Assembly (NCBI RefSeq): GCF_032062105.1
Contig: NW_026920486.1
Span: 1 to 64,000, forward strand
Direction: 5' to 3'
DNA length: 64,000 nt
Origin: Saccostrea cucullata
Taxonomy: Eukaryota
Below are positions 1-11,100 of the stretch, piece by piece; the stretch's first letter is position 1; each line of letters opens with the position of its first letter. Below the pieces are notes generated by a model, which searched no databases, was not told the origin of the DNA, and saw only the letters and a program-made list of their open reading frames with translations. The position numbers and the translations under genes are program-made.

Positions 1-327
1 AAAGCTGAATCTTATGTGGAAGCATCCTGGGGTTGTGTGAATTCTGAATCATTCAAATCATGACCCCCAGGGGTAGGGTGGGGCCTCAATAGGAAATCCA
101 AGTTTTACATTGAAATATAAAGGGAAAATCTTCTCAAGAACCACAGGACCAGGAAATCTGAAACTTAAGTGAAAGTATCCTGGGGTAGTGTAGATTTTAA
201 ATTGTTTAATTCATAACCCCTGGGGGTAGGCTGGGGCCACAATTAGAAGGGGGAGAATCTGGTGAAGAACAGCATGGCCAATGTGACCAATTCAGGTGAG
301 GGTTGTGGCCCATGGGCTTTTTGTTTT
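1..327 (+). mobile_element. 3' part of a HINE/Helentron-type non-autonomous element with ~170-bp satellite-like units
   Basis: Ends in TCAGGTGAG..GTGGCCCATGGGC plus a T-tract, like the complete copy at 23655-24402, and has similar internal units. Confidence 0.7.
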
Positions 328-807
328 TATTATAACAAAAAAGTACCATGTTGACCCCAGGGGACAACTATTCGATTCTGAGGAAGGGGGCTGGCAGATT
401 TTAGACTTGTGGTGCAAAGTCACTAAACACGTTGAACTTGCATGCAACCATCTGAAGAAATATCGAATTTCCATGTTGTTTTCTGCTGAAATTATAATCG
501 AAGTTACAGGTGAAAAGGAGGATGCTTGATGGATAAAATAATCATCACCCTACCCCTCTCTCCAGATATTAAGTCTCAAAGTGGAAATAACAAAGAAATA
601 CAAACTTAATTTTAAAATTAAATGTTTAACGAGATAATTTTACCAGAAATGAAGTTGATTGCAACAAGATAATAATCATAAACGATGTCCCTTTTAACAG
701 TAACATGAGTGAACATATGTGCAGTTTTACATTAATCTGAACATGATCATACACTTTTCAAGAAACTATTTTGATGTCCTTTATGTTGTATAGAAACTTT
801 ACTTTTT

Positions 808-3591
808 TTAATAAACGTGTCTTCTAGATTTGTTTAACTCCTTTACAATCTCTTTGGTTGTCTTGTTGGATGGGTGGGACTTAATCATATGACTCAAACC
901 CTCTTCCCGAGTTTTGAGTTGTTTTCCACAATGGCGACAGATCCATGCTTCCGGATTTTTCTTGGACTTGGAAGTAGGCAATAACCATTCATCCAGGTGT
1001 GATTTAATTACCCAGTTGACTGTTATTACTGGAGTATATTCTACATGTGCTAAAGATGGAACTTTAAAATCTTTTAAAAGTTCTACTTGATCTTCTTCAA
1101 GGTCTGATGAATTGGCAATGTTTTCTTCTTCACTAGAACATGTTATTGTAGAAGTAGATGAATTTTGTATATCTTCGTGTATTTTGGTATTCTCTTCCTC
1201 TTTTTTCTCTGACTCTTTTGAAGATAATTTAACCTCTACTGGAATATTATTTGGGGAGGGATCTTTCTGAATTGTCTTTCTCTCACTTTGTTCCACTCCA
1301 GTGGCTGATATTTGATGTTGACTGCCTGTTGCCATTGAAACATTATATCCATCAATTTCATCACATTTCCTTTCCATTACAGCCAGAGCTAAGGAAATAA
1401 TATCCTTTTGCCTGTGTCCTTCTCCTGTAACATGTACCTTCCTGGTCCTTTGTTTCTTTCTTATCCCCAGGTTCCCTTTTTTGTACCTCCTTTTTCTTCT
1501 ACCCATCTTATTTGTGGTTTGCTTATTCACATTGTCCTTGATGGGTTCCATTTCAAAGGAAATATGGCTGCCATCTTTTTCAGGATTCCTTTCTGATTGG
1601 CTACAACTTAAAGCTGCTGTAATGACTGCTTTATTTTCTTCTTTCTCTTTAGTTGGAGGAATCAAATCAAAAGTATCAGTTTTTTCCTCTGCATCATTCT
1701 TGCATTGTACTGGATTGTTCACACTTTTTTCAACAACTGGTGTTGCTTTTTCATTTTCCCTTACAACATGATTTTCTCCCATTTCACTACCGGTTGCTTC
1801 ACTTGTCACGTTTTGAGATTCTACAACATTTTTGTCCATTGATAGCAACTCTTCCTGTTTTGCTGTTAATTTTCTTTTCAAGTTTCTTGCTAAAATTGCA
1901 CGCCTTTTAAGTTTTTCTAATTTCGAGAGTTTATTCCTTACTGAAATACACTTCTCCGTGGCAGTTTTCCTTTCTTTGCTGGCAGCTTCTTTCATTTTTT
2001 GTTTTGCCAGACAATGATGGCGCAGTAGATGCCTTTCTCCCATACAAATTCTGCCACATAGTTCACAAGCCATTCTGTGAGAATAGACATGCTCTCTATG
2101 TTCATCCATGGGAACCAGCTTTTCACAAATATCACAAAGCGTCATTTTTACCGCCGTGGCAGAACATCTCTTCTGATGGCTCCCTAAATGGTAAGATGAC
2201 AAAAAGATTTTACCGCATTTTTCACATTTTATTTCCTTAGGATCATTCTTTTTCTGTTCAGATTTTTCTTCAACTTTTGGTTCCTCAATAATTTCCTCTT
2301 TAGGCTCACTTTCTGTCTTTTTATCAGCTCTGTGTTTTCTATGTGTTTTCCTATGTTCCTGATACTCTTCGTGCGACCCACACACCTTGCCACAGATGCA
2401 TGTCTTATAATACGCTTGTTCCACAATAAGGATAACTTTCTTCTCTTCAGGTAAATTTTTAGCCTTTTCATCATGTTTATAATCCAAAATCTTGTGTGCA
2501 ATCTTCATGTGTGTTCTTAGTCTAGATTCTGTCATCAGATTATTGCCACAGATTTGACAGACTACATTATGATATTTCAAAGAATGTTCATATTCTTCGT
2601 GTGCTGGAATCAGTTTGTTACATTGAAAACAAGTTGCCATTTTGGTTGTCTTTCCACTGCACAGTGAAATATGTGTTTTATACTGATAGTCTTTCATGAA
2701 AATTTTGCCGCATTTTTCACACTTGTTCTCTTCAACAGCCTGCCCTTGGATTTTCCTTTTCGCTCTTTTTATTGGTTTTTGTTCAGAAGTGGCTTGCTCA
2801 TCACTCTTTCTCTTTTTCAGAATAGATTTATCCTCAGGACTTGGTTGAACTGGTCTCTCCTTCTTTTTCTTCACCTGTTCTTTTACAACAGGTACTTGCT
2901 GGTGAAAGTGCCTGTTTACGGAATGTTCGGCTTCAAAACTTCTGTGATTCTTGGCATGGTAATACAAAGCCTCATGAGTGGGAAACAACTGATGACAAAA
3001 CTTACATACAAGCATCACTGAAAGGGTACTCTGTGATCGATGCTCCTGGACAATGATCATGTTTGGTGGGCTGGGTAACACTGAATCCTGAGGGGCATCT
3101 TCCTCTGGAGCTATGGCCTGTTTTGAGTTTGGGTCCAACATCCCCATATTTTCTGTGGCATCTTTCATATCATCTTCAAAATCTTGGGCAAGGGTGCAGA
3201 CATTAACAATCTGAATATTTTCCAGCCCTGAAGGTTCCTCCTTCTCAACCTCAGCATATGACGACCCGCCATCTCCAGGCTCTAAACCAATGAAATTCAC
3301 CTTACCCGCCATGTCTCTCCCTATCTTTAATGGACTGGACACTTTTGCTGTGTTTGCGACTTGTGGACAGGCATTGTCTTCATTTTTGATGGAGGGATTT
3401 GGTTGTGCAGTGCATGGTTGCATAGAATCTGTCTCATCACTGTGGTCTGCTCCCCAAACACGGCTGTTTTCCTCCCCTTCCCCCTCTCCCTCCTCATCGC
3501 TGTAGTCAGAGTTGATTTCAATAACAAATTCTTCACCCATTGAGTGGATTGTCTTTGGTATATCATGTTTTGGAATACTTTCTTCATCCAT
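808..3591 (-). CDS. C2H2/C2HC zinc finger protein, 927 aa, single coding exon
   Basis: Long ORF with about 9 fingers (e.g. CKFCHQLFPTHEALYYHAKNH, CQICGNNLMTESRLRTHMKIAH, CRHCGKQLKTREEGLSHMIKSH), acidic N-terminus and basic NLS-like tracts. A splice acceptor (TTTTGTAG, AG at 3615-3614) just upstream of the ATG implies a non-coding first exon. Confidence 0.9.
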   Translation of the reverse strand: MDEESIPKHDIPKTIHSMGEEFVIEINSDYSDEEGEGEGEENSRVWGADHSDETDSMQPCTAQPNPSIKNEDNACPQVANTAKVSSPLKIGRDMAGKVNFIGLEPGDGGSSYAEVEKEEPSGLENIQIVNVCTLAQDFEDDMKDATENMGMLDPNSKQAIAPEEDAPQDSVLPSPPNMIIVQEHRSQSTLSVMLVCKFCHQLFPTHEALYYHAKNHRSFEAEHSVNRHFHQQVPVVKEQVKKKKERPVQPSPEDKSILKKRKSDEQATSEQKPIKRAKRKIQGQAVEENKCEKCGKIFMKDYQYKTHISLCSGKTTKMATCFQCNKLIPAHEEYEHSLKYHNVVCQICGNNLMTESRLRTHMKIAHKILDYKHDEKAKNLPEEKKVILIVEQAYYKTCICGKVCGSHEEYQEHRKTHRKHRADKKTESEPKEEIIEEPKVEEKSEQKKNDPKEIKCEKCGKIFLSSYHLGSHQKRCSATAVKMTLCDICEKLVPMDEHREHVYSHRMACELCGRICMGERHLLRHHCLAKQKMKEAASKERKTATEKCISVRNKLSKLEKLKRRAILARNLKRKLTAKQEELLSMDKNVVESQNVTSEATGSEMGENHVVRENEKATPVVEKSVNNPVQCKNDAEEKTDTFDLIPPTKEKEENKAVITAALSCSQSERNPEKDGSHISFEMEPIKDNVNKQTTNKMGRRKRRYKKGNLGIRKKQRTRKVHVTGEGHRQKDIISLALAVMERKCDEIDGYNVSMATGSQHQISATGVEQSERKTIQKDPSPNNIPVEVKLSSKESEKKEEENTKIHEDIQNSSTSTITCSSEEENIANSSDLEEDQVELLKDFKVPSLAHVEYTPVITVNWVIKSHLDEWLLPTSKSKKNPEAWICRHCGKQLKTREEGLSHMIKSHPSNKTTKEIVKELNKSRRHVY

Positions 3592-4431
3592 TTTTATGAA
3601 TCTTCATGCAGCTCTACAAAATAAGAACAAAATATATAGTATTAACAGCATAATTTAAGTTATGACTAATGTATGCACTACCTCGAGATGCATTCATAAT
3701 GATATTCCAACTCATTGTTCTGCTAATCTCAAGAACTTGTAAAAAAAATTCTAATATATTTAACTCTTTGTAACATTTTTTATCATGATTACAGACTTTT
3801 TGATATCATTTATCACAAATTCAAAATTTTAATTTGTTGCAATTAAATTTGTTTAATGAACTTTCAGCTGTAAAATTTGTTAAAAAAAACAAAAACAAAA
3901 TTAGAGTTGTTTAAATGCTAAATTTTGTAATAAAGAATTAAATTCCTTTTAATTTATCAAATTCATCAATTAGGGTCTATAAAAAAATCTAAATATACAT
4001 ATATATAAATAAATTTTACCAATTCAAAGAAATTCTTATAACAAATTTAAAATCATAACTTTGTGATGAAATAAGATTTTAATATAATATTTTGTGTGAA
4101 ATGCTGTTTTAAAAAAAAATATACTGAAAGGACAAAGAAACACAGGGTAGCATAATATTTGAAAAAAAAAATTTGACCCCTTTACCAAAAATTACAAAAA
4201 TTGGTCAGATGAGAAATTTAGGCCATGTCATATTTGAAAGTTTTGGAAAGTTTATTTTATCATTAATGATTGATTAATACCAAAGAGCAGATTTCAAATT
4301 CTTAATTTATTTTCAGACTATGTAACCCAACCCCCTGTACCCCGGGGGCCCTGAAATTAATCATTTTGGAAGAGACACCTTTCTTCATCATAAATGTTTA
4401 CTTAGATCATTGGCATAATACCCAGGAGCAA

Positions 4432-5202
4432 AGGAACCAGAAGTCTCTGTCGAGACTGTAGCTCTACTGGTTTATACTTAAAACAAAGGAAGAGAAAAGT
4501 AGCAGTTGGGACTTGAGACTTTAAATCAGCAATAAATAGAAAAATGGCCATCCTTGCCACTCATCAAAATAAAAACAGATGCACAGAATTATGTATCTTA
4601 GTATAGTCTACTTGTGTGTCAAGTTATACTGAAAAGCAAAACTGTAGGAGGAGTAGCATTTTGAAAGAATTTCACAAAAATTTCTATTTTTAGTAACCAT
4701 GGCAACACCGTTCATCGAAATAAAAAACCAATGCACAGAATTATGTATCTTAGTGTAGTCTAATGTGTGTCAAATTATATTGAAATCAGATCAAAACTGT
4801 AGGAGGAGTAGCATTTTGAAAGAATTTCACAAAAATGTCTATTTTTAGTAACCTTGGCAACACCGTTCATCGAAATCAAAAACCGATGCACAGAATTTTT
4901 CTTAATGTAGTCTATATGTGCCAAGTTATATTGCCACATCCTAACACCAAATCTATAGGAGGAGTAGCATTTTGAAAGAATTTCACAGAAATTTCTATTT
5001 TTAGTAACCATGGCAACACCGTTCATCGAAATCAAAAACCGATGCACAGAATTATGTATCTTAGTGTAGTCTACTTGTGTGCCAAGTTATATTGAAAACC
5101 AACACAGGAGTAGCATTTTGAAAAATTGTTTACAGAAAGAATCAACAGACAGACGGACACCCTTGCATAAGCTCTTCTGGTCTCTGACCAGTAGAGCTAA
5201 AA
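4432..5202 (-). mobile_element. HINE-type element with ~155-bp tandem array (~3.7 copies)
   Basis: Subterminal IRs AGCTCTACTGGT (~4460) and ACCAGTAGAGCT (~5187); GACA/GACG microsatellite; unit GGCAACACCGTTCATCGAAAT recurs at 4701, 4856 and 5012. Confidence 0.75.
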
Positions 5203-5833
5203 AGGAACTATTCAATGTATAATCATTAGATCCTGCCCTAACATCAGAACCCCTTGCCCTGGACCCTAAAATTAAAAAATCTGGAAGGGGCATCCTTCCA
5301 CATCATAATTATGTACATAGTTCATTTGTTTGATATCCAGGAGCAGAAGAGAAGATTTTTGAAGAATTTATGCATTTTCACTACATAATCAATAGAGTCC
5401 CTCCCTAACACCAGTGCCCCTGACCCTGAGGCAATGAAATTTTGGAAGAGTCAGTCTTATTCAACCTAACTATTTACATCGTTAGTTTATTTAATTCCCA
5501 GGAGCAGAGAAGAAGATATTTAAAGAATTGATATTTTTTCACTTATTCTTTATAATCAACAGAGCCACACCCTAACACCAAAACCCCAAACTGCCATGGG
5601 CCATGAAATTCACAATTTTGGAAATGACATTCTTGTTCATCATAACTATATGCACTTGGTCAGTCTGTTTAATATAAAGAAACATATAGAGAAGATTTTC
5701 AAAGAATTTATTAAATCAATAGAGTCTCACTCTTGCACTAGAACCCTTGACCGAGGGGCCATAAAATTCAAAATTTTGGGAGAGGCAGCCTTATATTCAA
5801 CATAACTATATACACTAGCTTGGTCAGTTATAC

Positions 5834-6297
5834 CAGTCAGGGGTGTGATTGAAATCCATCATTTTTAAAAATGATGATTTTCAGTCATTAAATTGATTTT
5901 TAATAATAATGGAAATTCATCTTTTTTTAGTAAAATGATGAAAAACAGTCATTTCTATTTTGAAATTTATTTTAGAAATAGAACTGATATTAAAAATGAC
6001 TGTTTTTCACATTTTTTATCAAATTGTTAGTACAGTGTACTTTACTGCATTGTTTTACGAAGTACAGTAAATTATTTTGGTTTCAATTACTTGTCAAGAT
6101 GTTTCTCTACACAAGGGTCTATGGCAGGATAATTTTACTATATCTAATTACATGGGAAAATTGACTTGAGAATGGAAATATGATGAAAAGACGTCATATT
6201 TACAAAAATCAGAAAATTGTGTACATTATATACTTAGAAGAAATGACCATTATCCATCATTTTTAAAAATGATGGATTTCAGTCACACCCCTGACTG
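5834..6297. mobile_element. MITE with ~43-bp TIRs and 5-bp TSD
   Basis: TIR CAGTCAGGGGTGTGA(T/C)TGAAATCCATCATTTTTAAAAATGATG at both ends; TATAC duplicated at 5829-5833 and 6298-6302. Confidence 0.85.
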
Positions 6298-7399
6298 TAT
6301 ACCCAGGAGCAGAAATTAAAGAAGATTTTCAAAGAAAGGAATATTAATGATGCATTTTCACTATATAATCTATATGTACCCCTGACCCTGGGACCATAAA
6401 ATTCACAGTTTTAAAAGAGGCAGTCTTATTCAACATAAATTTGTACTTGGATAGTTTATTTAATGCCCAGGAGTAGAAAAAATATTTTCAAAAAAATGAA
6501 GCATTTTCACTAAATAATCTATATAGCCCCAGCCCTCCTGACCCTGGGGCCATGAATTTCAGAAATTTGGTAGAGGACTCATTGCTGATGATATTTATGC
6601 CAATAGTTTGACTGCTTGATGTCCAGGAGTAAAGAAGAATTTTAAAGATTGCATTAAATTTAGTGGTTTTTGCCCCACCCCTCAGGCCCCCGGGAAGGGG
6701 GGCAGGGACCATGAAATTCACAATTATTTTTTCCCTTCACCCATAAATGTTCTATGCCAAAATTGGTTGAAATTGGTTGAGTGGTTACAGAGAAGAAGCT
6801 GAAAATGTTTAAATCTTAACAGACGACACAAGAAGATTGTGGAGGAAAACTGACAGTAAATAAATAGGACACCTTAGTTTACTCCGGTGAAGTACAGTGT
6901 ACTTCACTGCATGTTTGAAGTACAGTGTACTTGACTTCACTGTTGGTAATTCTACCTGTGCATCATTAATTTTACTGAATTAATTCATATAGCAGCAGGA
7001 AGAGGACCATTTCAAAAAGAAAAGTTCACAGACAGACAGACAAAGTGGTAATAGGCAGTTTAGGCACCTTTGTAATGACCCAATCAAAAATTTGTTATAA
7101 AAGTTTAAGAATGAATTCCATGAAAATATCTTTATTCTTCTAAGACTGTAAAAGTATTTCTATTTTCAGTTATGAAATAAACAACTTGTCCTTTTTTAAA
7201 ATTAAATTTATGATAAATTATATTCAACTCACACCTGACATATTTTCTATTGGATAACATGTATTCCTTTTATTATTAAATATCAAAAAGTATATCAATA
7301 GCCTCATAAAGCATATCAAAGTGTTAATAAAATGTCAAATTTAAATGTTGGACAATATTTTGATCTAAAACTGGTTGCAAGTTTATTTCACTTTTCCAA

Positions 7400-7890
7400 A
7401 GCTTGAATCAAAGATGGCGGATGCATTAGCTGGACATTTTAAAAATACTGCATGATAATAATCGATTATCGCCTTTATGTAGATTAAATTATAATTAACT
7501 AAATGATATTTTCATATAAAATAATTTTTTGATTAAAATTATACCTAATTTAAATATGGAGCAGCTTTAACAAGCACGAGGCAAGTGGTTTCTCCAACTT
7601 CAAGGCGCACAGGAAAATGGCGGACGATACAGAAAATCCGGCAAGGGATGTAGATAGTCAATAGGGGTGATAAACTAATAAATATGAAAAATATGGCACA
7701 AAACATTTTATACATTGTCTTTTTTGCTCTTTTATACCCAAGCAATTTATTTTTATCTAAAATAATTCGAGATGCATACTACATTATGTAAAGTTCGTTT
7801 CCCTCGGTTCTAGATTTAGTTTGCGTTAAGCATTTCCGGTATATTTTAGCGCATGATATAAACAAGTAAATTTATTATCTAGTGAGTAAA
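7400..7890. promoter_or_regulatory. Putative bidirectional promoter (zinc finger gene / PIGA)
   Basis: CpG-enriched block between divergent genes; YY1-type motifs AAGATGGCGG (7411-7420) and AAAATGGCGG (7614-7623); ETS-like TTCCGG (~7834); candidate minus-strand donor at 7544. Confidence 0.55.
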
Positions 7891-8176
7891 CTGTGTGCAT
7901 ATATATCATGTATTTAAAACACAAACTTCTTGAGAAATTGATATAAATCAAATTATTTCATATTCTAGAACATTTTTTTCGCAGTCATTTGATGCTTTAT
8001 TTAATTTTTAAAGTACAACTGTAGCTCTGGTATGCAGGTATGTGAAAAAGAACTGAAGAACACAAGTATGCCAGTACCACTGAGTACGACCACATGTTCA
8101 AATTGTAATGTGTATTCGAGTTCAAAGAGAAATTCAAAGAGAAGATGAATGCATAGTTATATGCTATAAAAGGAGC

Positions 8177-11100
8177 ATGAAGCACTCAATATGGTAAGTA
8201 AAAATATTGCAAGCCGAAGAATGGGAATGGGGTATGTACAGATTCTAACTCATATTGTCCTTTGGCTTGCAATAAGTTCCTGAAAGATTTTGTTACTGAA
8301 AGTGTAGCTGCAGAACTGTAGCTCTCCGATAAAATAATTATTGACCATGTTGACAGACTGGAGAGCTACAATGCCACCCACTGAAAAAGCTGTATATTGA
8401 TAAAGCACATTAAAAAAAGGTTCAGGATTAATTCTATCAAATTTTTACCTCAATTGCAAAAAATCTAGATTCAAAAAATTCCTTACTCCTCTATCAAGGT
8501 AACTCTCGTGGTTTACATCTTTACGAGCTGGTTTGACCAAATTATCTTGTAAACCAAAATGGCAGTATAAATGGGCGAAATTTTTGATGATCTCAATTTC
8601 AGGGCTAGGAGGGCTATAAAAACAATTATAAAATTATAATTATGTGGAAACAGTGAAAGAATATGTTAGGAACATACGGTTAGTAATATTTTGAGATGAA
8701 AGTTTTAAACACATGGAAAAATACATTGAGAAACAGCGCACTTTTTTGTGCGCAATAAATATACAGTTTATAAATGGGTGGCACTGTAGCTCTCCGGTCT
8801 GTCAGTATAATTTTTTCGGAGAGCTACAGTTCTGCAGCTGCTGAAAGTGGAAAGTATTTTCTGCTAATATATAAATTCATTTATGGTGTTTAATAGTAAA
8901 TATTTACAAATACAGAAGCTTCTTCAAGTGTTCATTGGTGCTGTGGTGCATTTATTTTTACCCTTTCAACACTAAAAATATCTAATCACTGTATGGCATC
9001 TTATACGTGTTATACCTGAATCTCTTTAAAATTTCCCCTGAAAATTTTTATGCAAATTAAACATGGGACAAAAATTCAGTCTCATTCCAACTTGAATAGT
9101 TACATTAAAACTGCAAATGAGAAAACTATCAGATTACTTAATTATTTGCATGTCTTTTCCACACCATAACATCATTCTACTGGTATTTTTTTTTAAAAAT
9201 CAACAAGCGACAAAATTTAAGTCATTAATTTTATGGATCATTGGATCAATATGGAATTAAGCAAAATGGCCAAATGTATTCAGAAAACAAAAATTGAGCT
9301 TGGTGGGTTTTTGATATAATGTTAAAACAAGTATTACATTTTTCAAAAGATGAAATATTGGGGTTAGTTCTTCACATTATATTTGCTTTGATGGAACTGA
9401 TTCATAACAGTTAACTTTTATATTAAATTCAGGACAAGCTGATTCAGGACAAGCCAAAATTATTTCAGGAATCACTGTCTAGTTAGTATGGTATGCCAGG
9501 GCATCAACGATAGTGGGAAACATGGGGTTATTTGCATAATGGACAAAGCCCGTTATGCATAAATTATCCCATGTTTGCCACTATCGTTGATGTCCCTGGC
9601 ATACTATATACCTTATGATTCCTTATATTTCCATTTCATTGTGAAATAAAATTGTAAATTTAGACTTTTCAAATGTTGACTACCGTATATACTCGCCTAT
9701 AAGTCGGTATTTTGGGAGTTAAATTTTAATTCAAAAGTCTATGTCCGACTTATAGGCGAGTCATAAAAAGACAGGAATTTTTCTGGATGGCAAATCATAG
9801 TATTCTATAAACATTTTCAACAGCTATCATTGAACAAAGTATGGATACATCATATCATTTATGTATTATAAGATTATACATAAGATACATTTTTAATCTT
9901 AAAAGGGCAGTATTTATTTTCTATGATTTAAATTTAAATAACGACTTCATTTCTTAAAAAAATAATTAAAAATTAGGGTAAAACATCATAGCATTTATTA
10001 GAAATTGTCATCTGATTCTGGCGAAAAATTGTACCGACTTATAAGCGGGTCAATGGCAAATCCCTGCCAAATAACCTTAAAAAATACAATCGACTTATAG
10101 GCGGACCGACTTATAGGCGAGTGTATACGGTAATAGATTAAAATTAAAAGGACTCCCATGCCAATTTTAATAGTCCTTGCCCAGTGATGTCAAACACAAA
10201 GGCAGCCGCACGTGATTTACATGCATATTTGGCCTCCTTAGAGTCAGACACGGAGACAGATGCGCACTAGAATTGCATATTAGGCCTCCTTAGCTCTTGA
10301 CCTATCGGCCTGCTTAATTAACATTCCGGTAGAATTGTCAAGAAATCAACTCCGCTAACTTTTTAAAGAGTTATATCTATTAAAAATATTAGAAATGGAA
10401 ATATTATATTTTACTGCACAAATAATTGTTTAATACTTACTAGATAGTAGAAATTTTATCAAAAATCTTTCAACTAAAAATATATTTTTTGTTTTACTGC
10501 AGCAGCTTTTTAATTAGTATAGAATTCATTGATTGTATTTAATTTGAAAAAACAAAATTCAAAGGCATTAAATCAAAATTTATTGTAAGAACTAAATCAT
10601 GATGAAGATTTATTGAAATAGAATCACGTGCTTGCAGACAAACATGTACTAAAAGCTAAGGATTGAACCTCTGTTATTTATAATTCTGTAATATTGTAGT
10701 ATGGTGTCCGATTTCTTTTATCCCAACATGGGAGGTGTGGAGAGCCACATCTATCAGCTGTCCCAGTGTTTGCTTGAGAGAGGCCACAAAGTGGTGGTAG
10801 TTACTCATGCTTATGGAGAAAAGAAAGGAGTAAGATACCTTAGCAATGGTCTAAAGGTAAATATAAAGTCATACAAATATGTTCACCCACACATTAGTTA
10901 TAGGAATGTTGATGTTCTTGATCAGTATCTTACTATAATACAAGTATTCATGCACAGTTCTTTTGAATACTTTATACCTAGTCACTGTCAGACAGATTAA
11001 AACATCTACTGTTTCTTTTAAGCTCAAGTGAGGTTTTCTGAAATTTGTTCAAAATTTGTTCATGTTCTGTTGTAAACTTTTACAGTTTTATTTTCTTCTA

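Larger units (their letters stand above)
4320..6890 (-). mobile_element. Degenerate HINE-type element with tandem internal units, hosting nested insertions
   Basis: Recurrent units containing CCAGGAGCAGAAGAGAAGATTTT and CCATGAAATTCACAATTTTGG; head-like sequence at ~6868-6890. Boundaries approximate. Confidence 0.55.

Noticed and set aside
1408-3587. Nested and antisense ORFs within the zinc finger CDS
   Set aside because: Shadows of a long purine-rich coding strand, with no independent gene signals
4775-5047. 90-aa ORF with internal repeat
   Set aside because: Translation of the 155-bp tandem array in a HINE
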